DNA of 64,000 nucleotides from an uncultured archaeon. Lineage in GTDB: Archaea; Thermoproteota; Nitrososphaeria; Nitrososphaerales; Gagatemarchaeaceae. Shown here piece by piece: positions 47,976 to 57,274 of this stretch; the stretch's first letter is position 1, and the number at the start of each line of letters is the position of its first letter. Location of the stretch: contig CAWFOU010000007.1 of assembly GCA_963817525.1 (NCBI GenBank), positions 736,001 to 800,000 of the forward strand, written 5' to 3'. The translations under genes and the position numbers were made by a program. Below the pieces are notes generated by a model that saw nothing but the letters and a program-made list of their open reading frames with translations, searched no databases and had not been told where the DNA came from.

Positions 47976-48350
47976 GTGGCCGAAGAGCAAGCCGATCACG
48001 CCAAGGTCGCTGTTCTCGACGCCCACGAGGAGTTCGTCCAGCACATCGAGAGCGGGCAGGCCCGGATACGCGTCCTGTCGCTTGTTACTATCGTGGTCGC
48101 CTTCATTCTGCTCGCGTCCTACTTCGACCAGGTCCTCACCCCCTTCACGACCGGGACGAAGGTCGTGACGGTGAACCTCCTCGATCCGACCCTCCTGGCG
48201 CTCGAGCTTATCCTAATCGCCGTGACCTTCGCGTGGCTCTACGTCGGGGTGGTGAACTATCTCTTCGCGTCGCGCCTCGGCAGGCAGATCAAGGAGGCCC
48301 GCGCAAAGGAGAAGGAGATCGAGGGCAGGCTAGGTCAGCCGGGGGCTTGA
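47976..48350 (+). CDS. Two-TM membrane protein
   Basis: Two hydrophobic helices, charged tail. Confidence 0.65.
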   Translation: MAEEQADHAKVAVLDAHEEFVQHIESGQARIRVLSLVTIVVAFILLASYFDQVLTPFTTGTKVVTVNLLDPTLLALELILIAVTFAWLYVGVVNYLFASRLGRQIKEARAKEKEIEGRLGQPGA

Positions 48351-48417
48351 CCACCCCCAACCTGGCGACACTTCGGCCCGCATAGCCTTATCTCATCGCC
48401 GGCCCCGCTGAAACAGC

Positions 48418-49398
48418 ATGGCGCAAGACGAGGCTCCCCTCTCTTGGCAGACGGTCAGGTCCGGTGGCCGCCTGTCGCTAGTCTTGGTCTTCCTGCTCTC
48501 GATAGTGTTCGGGCTCCTCGGGACGGTCCCGTTCCTGGCCTTCGCCCTCGTCTACGGGGCTAACACCGCCGAAAGCATAGTCCAGGCAGACATGTCGGAC
48601 ATCCTGTGGCTGCTGAGGTCCTGGGAGCTCGGGTTCTTCCTGGTCTTCTACCAGCTCGGAAACCGTTTCGACCTCCGACGCCAATACCCGTACCTGGCGG
48701 CCCTGTCCATGGCCGGGGTCCTCATAGGGTCCATCCCCGAACTCGTCTCGATACAGGCCGTCCCCGGCACCTCGTCCGCCACTTTCAGCTTCGCGTTCCA
48801 GGGCGTCGGTCTCGGGGGGACTGTGGCAGTTCTCGTCGGGTACCTCGACAACGCCTTCCAAGACTTCGCCTTTCCGTTCGCCGGCCTCGCGCTGGCCTTT
48901 GTCATCGGGCAGGCACGCTTCAGAGTCCCCTCTGGGAGCCGCCTCCTCGAGGGGCGAGCCCTGGCTCTAGGGTTCGCGATCACCACGATCGCTTTCCTTG
49001 CATCAGGGATCACCTTCGTGCTCGGGTCGCGCTTGTCGAGCCTGTCCGCGTTCGTGGTATCCACTCCGTACGACTCCTACGCGTATGATTTCTTCTACCC
49101 GCTTGTCTTCTTCGTCGTCTTCTACTTCGTCGGCAAGAGGCTGCTTGACTCCAAGGGCGGAATGGTCACGTTCGCAATCTGCGTCTTCGCTGCCGGTGTC
49201 CTCGGATTCCTTGTCGGCCAGCCGCTCGCCTATTATCTCAGGACCTTCGCCTCTACAGGCCAGCCCTCCGCTCCGTTCGCCTTCGACGCTTCATTCTTGG
49301 AGACCGCGCTGGTGCGAGGCGGCTACGTGCTGACCTTGGGACTGGCGGGCGCGTGCTTGGGGTTCGTCAGGAGCATGAAGCGCCAAGCATCATGGTGA
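48418..49398 (+). CDS. Multi-pass membrane protein with internal duplication
   Basis: About eight TMs; FFLVFYQLGNR and FFVVFYFVGKR repeat. Confidence 0.65.
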   Translation: MAQDEAPLSWQTVRSGGRLSLVLVFLLSIVFGLLGTVPFLAFALVYGANTAESIVQADMSDILWLLRSWELGFFLVFYQLGNRFDLRRQYPYLAALSMAGVLIGSIPELVSIQAVPGTSSATFSFAFQGVGLGGTVAVLVGYLDNAFQDFAFPFAGLALAFVIGQARFRVPSGSRLLEGRALALGFAITTIAFLASGITFVLGSRLSSLSAFVVSTPYDSYAYDFFYPLVFFVVFYFVGKRLLDSKGGMVTFAICVFAAGVLGFLVGQPLAYYLRTFASTGQPSAPFAFDASFLETALVRGGYVLTLGLAGACLGFVRSMKRQASW

Positions 49399-49474
49399 CT
49401 GCCATGTCGCAATTGTCCGGGGAGCTCGCCGGATCCCCGGTCCCGCCTCAGGCTTTTATGCACCCGTCCTTCCG

Positions 49475-49867
49475 GTGAGTGAAATGGAAGCGAGGCTCAT
49501 CTATACGGGGATAAGGGTAAAGGACATGGAGAAGTCCATCGAGTTTTACACGAAGGTCCTCGGGATGAAGGTCACGGGACGGACCAAGATAGAGGCGACC
49601 AAGGGGGAGACGGTGGGACTCGTGACCGAGGAGGGCGGGCACCTCTTGGAGCTCAACTACTACGGGAAGGGGAGCGACTATGACACGAAGTACGGCGTCG
49701 GGGAAGCGTTGGACCACCTGGCCTTCCAGGTAGACGACCTGAAGAAGGCACTAGCCGAGGCGGCCAAGGCGGGCTACCCGGTGGTGCTCGACATGAAGAC
49801 GAAGACGAGTCGATGGACTTACATCAGAGACCCGAACGGGATCTACATCGAGCTTTTCGGAAAATAA
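49475..49867 (+). CDS. VOC/glyoxalase family protein
   Basis: IRVKDMEKSIEFYTKVLG, HLAFQVDD, DPNGIYIEL. Confidence 0.9.
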   Translation: MSEMEARLIYTGIRVKDMEKSIEFYTKVLGMKVTGRTKIEATKGETVGLVTEEGGHLLELNYYGKGSDYDTKYGVGEALDHLAFQVDDLKKALAEAAKAGYPVVLDMKTKTSRWTYIRDPNGIYIELFGK

Positions 49868-49874
49868 TGAGACT

Positions 49875-51227
49875 ATGAGCTTCCTCCTAGGCATCGACGA
49901 CACGGATTCCAGGTTCGGGCACTGCACGACCCACCTAGGTTATCTGATGACGTCCGAGTTGGCGAGCCTTGGGTGCACCTTCCCGGCCTACCCGCGTCTG
50001 GTCAGGCTCAACCCGAACGTCCCCTTCAAGACGAGAGGGAACGCGGCGGTCTGCATCGAGTTCGAAGCCGGCTCTGAGAGCCTGCGCGACGAGGCCTTCC
50101 GCGCCGCGGAGCGCCTGATGGAGGAGGAGGCCGACGTGGAGAACGGCGCGAACGCCGCTCTGGTGATGGCGCCGAGGGACGACCCGGATCGCCTGGATTT
50201 CTTCAGGCAGGTGTACCTGAGGGCTGTCAGCGGGATCGTGAACTACAGGGGAGTGATTCGTGCCATATCGGAGATGGGAATCCCCCACAGACTGCTGGGG
50301 AACGGGATGGGGGTCGTTGGGGCGGTCGCGAGCATGGGGTTCTCCTGCGACCTGGACGACCACACATACGAGCTCATCGCCTACAGGAGACCCGAGCGCT
50401 GCGGGACGCGCAGGGCGCTCGAGAAGGGGTCTGTCGTCGAGATGGAGGCCGATACCTTCCCGCACACTTTCAATAGCTACGACCACGAGTCGGGGCGGGT
50501 GCTCGTCGCCCCCACAGGCCCCGACCCCGTCCTCGCGGGGGTGAGGGGGGACTCTCCCAAGACGGTGCTCGAGGCGTTCAGGAAGATCCGCATCGGCGAG
50601 GAGCCCCTGGGGCACATGGTCTACGCGACCAACCAGTGCACCGACGCGCACCTGACGGGCAGGCTCGCGACGCCCCTAAAGGCGTACTCGGCCGGCTGGC
50701 TCGAGGGAGAGGTAGCCTCGGTCCGGCCATCCCAGGGCGGCCACCTCGTTCTCGAGCTGCGGGGCCAGGATTCCTCGACGTCTTCGTGCATGGTTTACGA
50801 GCCCTCTGGGGACCTCCGGCGGGCCGCCCGCCTCCTGAGGCCCGGCGACTCGGTCAGGGTCTCGGGCGGGGTGAGGAGGGCCACTTCCAAGAACCCCGCG
50901 GTCGTCAACGTCGAGAAGATTGACGTCCTCTCGACCTCTACCCAATCTATTAAGGCGAGCCTACGGTGCGCCGCCTGCGGCTCAGGGATGAAGTCAGAGG
51001 GCAAAGGGAAGGGATACCAGTGCAGGAAGTGCGGCCACAAGAGCGGAGCCGCCGGAGCGGACAGGGCGCCCAAGCCGGCCCCGTCGGGAATCCGCCCGGG
51101 CACCTATCTTCCCTCCCCGCGCGCGCAGAGGCACCTGACCAAGCAGCTGATACGCTACGGGAACGAGTCCGTGGGCGACCAGGCCGTCGTCGAGGGGTGG
51201 GTGACGCTGGGGGGACGCCCTTCATGA
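49875..51227 (+). CDS. tiaS: tRNA(Ile2) 2-agmatinylcytidine synthetase
   Basis: GIDDTDS..GHCTTHL, RLNPNVPFKTRGNAA, TNQCTDAH, Zn ribbon, RHLTK. Confidence 0.93.
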   Translation: MSFLLGIDDTDSRFGHCTTHLGYLMTSELASLGCTFPAYPRLVRLNPNVPFKTRGNAAVCIEFEAGSESLRDEAFRAAERLMEEEADVENGANAALVMAPRDDPDRLDFFRQVYLRAVSGIVNYRGVIRAISEMGIPHRLLGNGMGVVGAVASMGFSCDLDDHTYELIAYRRPERCGTRRALEKGSVVEMEADTFPHTFNSYDHESGRVLVAPTGPDPVLAGVRGDSPKTVLEAFRKIRIGEEPLGHMVYATNQCTDAHLTGRLATPLKAYSAGWLEGEVASVRPSQGGHLVLELRGQDSSTSSCMVYEPSGDLRRAARLLRPGDSVRVSGGVRRATSKNPAVVNVEKIDVLSTSTQSIKASLRCAACGSGMKSEGKGKGYQCRKCGHKSGAAGADRAPKPAPSGIRPGTYLPSPRAQRHLTKQLIRYGNESVGDQAVVEGWVTLGGRPS

Positions 51228-52750
51228 CATTCCACAGCATACTCTTCGAGGGGTCGGAGGACGAGACCCGGGGGCCGGGGACAGACCCCGACTACTTCGT
51301 CGACCTGAACCTCAATCAGATAGTGGACGCCATCATAGCGGGAAAGGAGGACTACGGCCTGCGCCCGTTCTTCCTCGCCCCGCTGAAGAGCGTAGACGCT
51401 ATCAAGTACCGCCACGAGGTGTTGCAGGACCTCGAGACCCCAGGCCTGCACGACGCGGCGGAGGCCTTCGCAAAGTCGATGGCCGCGATGCGGCGATTCA
51501 GGGGCATCTCCGACAGGGTCCTCAACAGGCAGGTCAAGCAAGGCTGGTTCCTGAACTCGGTGGAGGCGTACTGCGAGGGGGTGGAGCGCCTGGCGCGAGA
51601 CCTGGCCGCCCTGGGTCCAAAGTCTCGCGGCCTGTCGTCCTTCCAAGAGTACCTGAAGAAGTACGCCGAGTCGGCCGATTTCACTTCCCTTGTCGCCGAG
51701 ACCACGAAGATGAGGGCCGACCTTTCGGCTTCCAAGTACGCCGTGCTAATCAGAGGCAACCAGCTCTCCGTCCGCAAGTACGAGGGGGAGGAGCAGTACA
51801 GCGCCGCAGTGGAGAAGATCTTCGCGAAGTTCAAGCAGGGGGCGACTAAGGACTACCGCGTCCAGATCCCCGAGTTCTTGGACGTCAACCACATAGAGGA
51901 GGCGGCGCTCGAGTTCGTCGCCAAGATATACCCAGAGGTCTTCCTGAGCCTCGAGAGCTACTGCGCGAAGCACGCCGGGCACCTCGACAAGACCATCGCC
52001 ACCTTCGACCGCCAAGTCCAGTTCTACCTCTCGAGCCTAGACGTCGTGGCCAAGCTCAGGGAGACGGGGCTGCGCTTCTGCTACCCCGAGGTCTCCGAGA
52101 GCAAGGAGATCTCCAGCAGCGAGGGGTTCGACCTGGCGCTCGCCATCAAGCTCACGCGCGAAAAGGCGCCCGTCGTCACCAACGACTTTTACCTGAAGGG
52201 GAAGGAGCGGATATTCGTGGTGAACGGCCCCAACCAGGGCGGAAAGACGACCTTCGCCAGGGCCTTCGCGCAGACGCACTACCTGGCCAGCCTCGGCTGC
52301 CTCGTCCCCGGGAGGGAGGCGCAGCTCTTCTTGTTCGACAGGATTTTCACGCACTTTGAGCGCGAGGAGGACATCAACGACCTCAGGAGCAAGCTCGAGG
52401 ACGACCTGGTCAGGATCCATGCCATCCTGGACGCGTGCACGCCAAGGAGCATCATCGTCGTGAACGAGCTCTTCAGCTCAAGTGCCCTCCCCGACGCCGT
52501 CTTCCTTGGGAAGAAGGTCCTCGAGAGGGTGATAAAGCTGGACTCGCTCTGCATCTACGTCACATTCCTCGACGAGCTGTCCACCCTCGAGAAGACCGTG
52601 AGCCTCCTCAGCACGGTGAGGCCCGACAACCCCGAGGTCTGCACCTTTAAGATCGAGAGGCGGCCCGCCGACGGCCTCGCCTACGCCCAGTCGATTGCAA
52701 GGAAGTACAGGCTCTCGTACGAGAGCGTGAGGGAGCGGATAAAGCCATGA
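51224..52750 (+). CDS. MutS-related ATPase lacking the mismatch domain (first of a tandem pair)
   Basis: DLNLNQI, GPNQGGKTTF, FTHFERE, NELFSS; ATG 51224 overlaps the tiaS TGA. Confidence 0.88.
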   Translation: MTFHSILFEGSEDETRGPGTDPDYFVDLNLNQIVDAIIAGKEDYGLRPFFLAPLKSVDAIKYRHEVLQDLETPGLHDAAEAFAKSMAAMRRFRGISDRVLNRQVKQGWFLNSVEAYCEGVERLARDLAALGPKSRGLSSFQEYLKKYAESADFTSLVAETTKMRADLSASKYAVLIRGNQLSVRKYEGEEQYSAAVEKIFAKFKQGATKDYRVQIPEFLDVNHIEEAALEFVAKIYPEVFLSLESYCAKHAGHLDKTIATFDRQVQFYLSSLDVVAKLRETGLRFCYPEVSESKEISSSEGFDLALAIKLTREKAPVVTNDFYLKGKERIFVVNGPNQGGKTTFARAFAQTHYLASLGCLVPGREAQLFLFDRIFTHFEREEDINDLRSKLEDDLVRIHAILDACTPRSIIVVNELFSSSALPDAVFLGKKVLERVIKLDSLCIYVTFLDELSTLEKTVSLLSTVRPDNPEVCTFKIERRPADGLAYAQSIARKYRLSYESVRERIKP

Positions 52751-54285
52751 AGGTCTCCCTCATGCACAGGGACCGCAACTTCGACATGGCGCGGAAGCTC
52801 CCGCCCGGCGAGGTGGCGCTCACTCAAGACCTGGAGCTCAACGTCGTCCTGAACGCCATGGCGCGCGACGACAAGTTCCTCCACGAGGTCGCGAGGAGGG
52901 TCCTCCTTTCCAGCCTGGTCGACGTCGACGAGATACTCTACCGTCAGAGCGCGCTCAAGGACTGCATGAAGAACGCCGCCGAAGTCAGGGACCTCTACAG
53001 CGTCGCGGTGGAGACGACCACCGGCGAGAAGGGGATCTGGGGCTGGTACAACCCCTACAAGTCGACCGACCAGATCATGGGCAGGTCGGTGAAGGTCCTT
53101 TTGCTCTGCGTCGAGAAGCTCAAAGAGCTGAGGACCATCATCGACAAGAACGCAGGCAAGTTCGAGTCGGAAGGCTTCAGGGCGCTCTTCGCCATGCTCA
53201 AGGAGGAGCTCTCCGACCAATACCTCGCGAACGTCCAGAGGCTCCTCGAAGGCCTCGAGTCGGCAGACGGGACCCTGATCAGGGCCGAGCTGGGGGAGGG
53301 CAACAGAGGCGTCAACTACGCGCTTTGCAGGCAGCCGGAGAAGAAGCAGGGCAGGATGGGCAGGGTCTTCGGCACGGGCGAGCCCCGGTCGCTCACCTAC
53401 AGCGTCGACCCTCAGGACGACACCGGGACCGAGATGCTCTCGAAGCTCCGCGACAGGGGGATAAACGACGTCGCGAACACGCTCGCGCAGTCCTCAGACC
53501 ACGTCCTCGGGTTCTTCACCTCGCTGCGGACCGAGCTCGCCTTCTACGTCGGCTGCCTGAACCTGTACGACACGCTCGCCCAGAAGGGCGAGGCCACCTG
53601 CTTCCCCGTGCCCCTCGCGCGGGGAGGACGCTCGCAGGCCTTCGAGGGGCTGTACGACGCCTCCCTCGCGCTGAAGCTGGGGCAGAAGGTCGTGCCGAAC
53701 GACGCGGACGCCAAGGGGAAGGACCTGGTGATTATCACCGGCGCGAACAGGGGCGGCAAGTCGACCTTCCTGCGGAGCGTGGGCCTGGCGCTGCTGATGA
53801 TGCAGTCGGGCTCCTTCGTGGCGGCCAAGTCATTCTCCTCCGACGTGTGCACCGGCCTCTTCACCCACTTCAAGCGGGAGGAGGACGTGACCATGAGGAG
53901 CGGCAAGCTCGACGAGGAGCTGAAGAGGATGAGCGAGATAGTGGACCACCTGTCGCCGGACTGCGCCGTGCTCTTCAACGAGTCGTTCGCCGCGACGAAC
54001 GAGAGGGAGGGCTCGGAGATCTCGAGACAGATAGTCACCGCCCTGCTGGAGAGGCGGGTCAAGGTCCTCTTCGTCACCCACCAGTACGACTTTGCTGAGA
54101 GCTTCTACCAGAAGAATATGCCCAACGCCCTCTTCCTGCGGGCCGAGAGGAAGCAGGGAGGGGAGCGCACCTTCAAGGTGGTCCCAGGGGAGCCGCTGGA
54201 GACCAGCTACGGCGAGGACCTCTACGACCGCATATTCCTGGGGGCCGCCCCCAGCCCCGCCCCGGCGCCTCGTGTGACGACCTGA
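52747..54285 (+). CDS. MutS-related ATPase lacking the mismatch domain (second of a tandem pair)
   Basis: ITGANRGGKSTF, FTHFKREED, NESFAATNEREGS, VTH. Confidence 0.88.
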   Translation: MKVSLMHRDRNFDMARKLPPGEVALTQDLELNVVLNAMARDDKFLHEVARRVLLSSLVDVDEILYRQSALKDCMKNAAEVRDLYSVAVETTTGEKGIWGWYNPYKSTDQIMGRSVKVLLLCVEKLKELRTIIDKNAGKFESEGFRALFAMLKEELSDQYLANVQRLLEGLESADGTLIRAELGEGNRGVNYALCRQPEKKQGRMGRVFGTGEPRSLTYSVDPQDDTGTEMLSKLRDRGINDVANTLAQSSDHVLGFFTSLRTELAFYVGCLNLYDTLAQKGEATCFPVPLARGGRSQAFEGLYDASLALKLGQKVVPNDADAKGKDLVIITGANRGGKSTFLRSVGLALLMMQSGSFVAAKSFSSDVCTGLFTHFKREEDVTMRSGKLDEELKRMSEIVDHLSPDCAVLFNESFAATNEREGSEISRQIVTALLERRVKVLFVTHQYDFAESFYQKNMPNALFLRAERKQGGERTFKVVPGEPLETSYGEDLYDRIFLGAAPSPAPAPRVTT

Positions 54286-54354
54286 CCGCCCGAAATTCCC
54301 GCGACAACGTTAAGAGCGCGCGCGACTCCCACCCGGACGAGGAAAACGCCTCAG

Positions 54355-55056
54355 TTGTCAGATAGCCCGGGCCTGGGGAGGAGATGCGTCGCCGAGGTCC
54401 TCGGGACCTTCCTGTTCGTCTTCGTCGGGGCGGGCTCCGCCGTGGCCTCTCAGTATCTTGGCATCACTGATCCCGGGTCTGCGCTCCTGGTCGCCGCCTT
54501 CGCGAACGGGCTGGGTCTCGCGATTGGTATCTCGGTCACGATGGGCGTCTCTGGCGGTGCCCTCAATCCCGCGGTAACGATTGGCCTCCTGCTGGGTAGG
54601 AAGATGTCGGCCAGAGACGTGGTCCCATATATCATCGCGGAGCTCATCGGGGCCACCCTGGCGGGAGTCCTCCTGATGGCCTCGGCCCCCACTTCCGTCG
54701 GAGCGGCCGCCCACTGGGGAGCCCCGACCCTGTCCAGCGCCATCACGGTCGCCCAGGGGACCCTGCTCGAGCTCGTGATGACTTTCCTGCTGGTCCTGGC
54801 TGTCTACGGGACGATTGTCGACCCGCGCGCGCCGAAGATTGGAGGATTCGGGGTGGGCCTGATCGTGGTGGCGGACGTCCTGGTCGGCGGCCCCTTCACC
54901 GGCGCCGCGATGAACCCCGCGAGGGCGATGGGCCCGATGATAGCGAGCCTTTCCTTCCCGAGCTACTGGTACATCTACTGGATAGGGCCGATAATCGGAG
55001 CGGCGATCGCTGGGCTGGTCTACAGCAGGATCATAGAGAATCGGCACCAGAGCTGA
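54355..55056 (+). CDS. Aquaporin/MIP channel
   Basis: Two NPA motifs (LNPAVT, MNPARA), YWIGP. Confidence 0.93.
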   Translation: MSDSPGLGRRCVAEVLGTFLFVFVGAGSAVASQYLGITDPGSALLVAAFANGLGLAIGISVTMGVSGGALNPAVTIGLLLGRKMSARDVVPYIIAELIGATLAGVLLMASAPTSVGAAAHWGAPTLSSAITVAQGTLLELVMTFLLVLAVYGTIVDPRAPKIGGFGVGLIVVADVLVGGPFTGAAMNPARAMGPMIASLSFPSYWYIYWIGPIIGAAIAGLVYSRIIENRHQS

Positions 55057-55113
55057 CGATTATCAGGCCGACCTTCGAAAAGCTTAAGATTGAATCCGCC
55101 CCCCACAGCGGTC

Positions 55114-55168
55114 GGCGGTGGGGCTCGCCATAACCGCTCGCATTAGATTGTGAGCCAATAGCTCCTAC
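55114..55168 (+). promoter_or_regulatory. Fluoride riboswitch (crcB motif)
   Basis: GGCGGTGGGGCTCGCC-ATAACCGCTC...GAGCCAATAGCTCCTAC matches the fluoride aptamer layout and lies directly upstream of crcB. Confidence 0.85.
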
Positions 55169-55202
55169 AAGAACAACAAGAGCGAGCGGTGATGGGAACA
55201 AG

Positions 55203-55583
55203 ATGAGGCTGGACCTCCTGTACTTGTTAGCCGGGGCGGTTCTCGGCGTCCTGATTCGTTACTACGTCACGGGGGGCAACCTCTTCGTCGGAAGCCTTCC
55301 TGTCTCCGTCCTGATCGTCAACATCATCGGGAGCCTCATCCTTGGTGCGAGCGCCGCCGCGATCACCGGGCTGGGGCTGAGCCAGGACTACACACTCTTC
55401 ATAGGGATAGGGTTCTGCGGGACGCTCACGACGATGTCGACGTTTGCGTTCGAGAGCATGAACCTGGTTGGCGTGGGCGAGTTCGCCACCGCCGGGGCCT
55501 ACATCTTCCTGAACGTGGGATGCTCCTTCGGAGCCATCCTTTTAGGAAGGGCGATTGTGAATCTACTGATAGGCCTTGGCTAG
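55203..55583 (+). CDS. crcB: Fluoride channel Fluc/CrcB
   Basis: GAVLGVLIRY, VNIIGS, GFCGTLTTMSTF..E. Confidence 0.93.
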   Translation: MRLDLLYLLAGAVLGVLIRYYVTGGNLFVGSLPVSVLIVNIIGSLILGASAAAITGLGLSQDYTLFIGIGFCGTLTTMSTFAFESMNLVGVGEFATAGAYIFLNVGCSFGAILLGRAIVNLLIGLG

Positions 55584-55920
55584 CGATAAGGACGAGGTGC
55601 CCCTCCCTCCCTCTAGGAAGATGGTGAGGCTTACCGTGATAGTCAAGGCGAAGGACTCGTTCAAGGGCAAGCCGGCGGTCGATGTCATCATCTCGCTCCT
55701 GCAGAAGGCGGGGATTTCGGGCGCGACCGTGACGCACGCGGCGAGGGGGTACGGGGCGCGGGGGGTTGCGAGGGCCGACGTCCTGGGGCTGTCCGTCAAC
55801 CTGCCGACGATAATCGAGACGGTCGCCGACAAGTCGGCGATTGACAAGGTCATCCCGGACGTTCACGAGATGATTGGGAGGAACGGACTGATAACGACGG
55901 AAGAAGTGAACGTCTACTAG
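55576..55920 (+). CDS. DUF190 (PII-like) protein
   Basis: GISGATV...GYG...LSVNLP.IIE...GLITTE; usual crcB partner. Confidence 0.88.
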   Translation: MASDKDEVPLPPSRKMVRLTVIVKAKDSFKGKPAVDVIISLLQKAGISGATVTHAARGYGARGVARADVLGLSVNLPTIIETVADKSAIDKVIPDVHEMIGRNGLITTEEVNVY

Positions 55921-56120
55921 AAACCGTCACATTAGCGGCGAGGGAGCCTAAATAGCCAACCCAACAATTCTGTCGTGGACCCGCCCGATTTCACGCGGCT
56001 TAGCTCGGAAACGGCAGAGGTAGTCGGAGCGTCGACCATGACAAAGGCCCCCTCCTCGTCGACTGCGTTCTGCTTTCCGATGGCGTAAATAGCTTCGTCT
56101 CTCGCAGTTGTGTCTCTCAG

Positions 56121-56537
56121 CTAGTTTTCGGGCTCGTCAATTCGTTCGACCGTACCATCGAAGCCTATTGAGACTGAAGAGCGCGGGAGCTTGCCAACGC
56201 CTTTGTCCACGAGCCACCTCGAGTACTTGCTGGAGTGGTGCATGCTGCGAACGTGGCGCCTGAAAGTCTCAATCGACCTGGCCGAATGGCCGCACGTGCA
56301 AATGTTGAAACCATCGGGCATCTCGAGCGTCAACACTCCCATCATGATGCTGCAGGGAAGACATCTGACCTTGACTCCCTTTGAGTGAGACGGGGAATAT
56401 ATTATCATGCCCACGTCGAGGATCCTCTGGCAGGACCAGCATCTCATCACGCCGCCGTGTCGATGGATCATAGCGGAGGAGATGCGATAGCAGTGAGCTT
56501 CCTTAGGAATGCTCGCTGTGAAGAGAACCTCCTTCAT
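56121..56537 (-). CDS. Hypothetical zinc-finger protein
   Basis: CWSC...CLPC and CTC...FRRHVRSMH motifs; atypical codon usage. Confidence 0.5.
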   Translation of the reverse strand: MKEVLFTASIPKEAHCYRISSAMIHRHGGVMRCWSCQRILDVGMIIYSPSHSKGVKVRCLPCSIMMGVLTLEMPDGFNICTCGHSARSIETFRRHVRSMHHSSKYSRWLVDKGVGKLPRSSVSIGFDGTVERIDEPEN

Positions 56538-56768
56538 TCAGAACATCACACGAGATTTTCCACCGGTCGGCTCTGTTAGGACGTTGCCGGCGCCTGATCC
56601 ATCGAACTCTACCACGAGGGAACATCAGAAGATTTGCATTAGAAACCTCTGGTGCAAGCATCTATCAGCGTGTTCGCAGGATAGACTCTGCCCCGCTCTC
56701 TGCCCTCGGACACATCTCCTAACTATCGCCACCTGAACCAGTTTACGGGTGCCTCGCTCTAGCAAGAT

Positions 56769-56785
56769 TGGTAGCGAGGGGTGGA
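56769..56785 (-). repeat. Duplicate of the tRNA-iMet 3' exon including CCA
   Basis: Minus strand TCCACCCCTCGCTACCA; 56772-56785 identical to 57275-57288. Confidence 0.85.
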
Positions 56786-56806
56786 TAAATATCATATCCA
56801 CTTATT

Positions 56807-57274
56807 TTGCAGTTGGGCACCAGAGAAGCTTGGTTCGCGGGCCTGATAGACGGGGAGGGTTGTTTCACTATCGGAATCTCGCACCAACACAAGAGAGCCC
56901 TAAAATTCAGCCTGATTTTTTCGATTTCAATGAAGAGTGGAGATTGGCAAAACGGCGCACAAGAATTGCTCAGGTTCCATGATATTCCCTTTCACACCCG
57001 GTGCCGGAAGAATCAATTCGAAATAACCGTGAGCGGCCATAAATCTGTGAAGAAATTAATTGCCGTTACCAAACGGTATCTGGTAGTGAAGAAACCAGTT
57101 GCCGAAGTCCTGGCCAGCTTTCCCGTCGCCCCTGCCAGGAATAGGTTCACCGGAGTCGATAAGCGTTATCTCCGAATTGTCTGTGAGAAAGTAGACCAGG
57201 TGAGATTCTTGAACAAGGGAAAAAACAGGAAGCACAAGTGGGATGGCAGACGAATCTGGATGTTTTATGATTAA
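56807..57274 (+). CDS. Free-standing single-motif LAGLIDADG homing endonuclease
   Basis: AWFAGLIDGEGCFTI, ...FSISMK..., YLVVKK; lower GC than host genes. Confidence 0.88.
   Translation: MQLGTREAWFAGLIDGEGCFTIGISHQHKRALKFSLIFSISMKSGDWQNGAQELLRFHDIPFHTRCRKNQFEITVSGHKSVKKLIAVTKRYLVVKKPVAEVLASFPVAPARNRFTGVDKRYLRIVCEKVDQVRFLNKGKNRKHKWDGRRIWMFYD

Noticed and set aside
50966-51223. N-terminal extension of the first MutS-like ORF
   Set aside because: Overlaps tiaS; the ATG at 51224 forms a normal ATGA overlap.
56005-56080. Long irregular hairpin as an ncRNA
   Set aside because: Short interrupted stems and an open minus-strand frame across it; no recognisable family.
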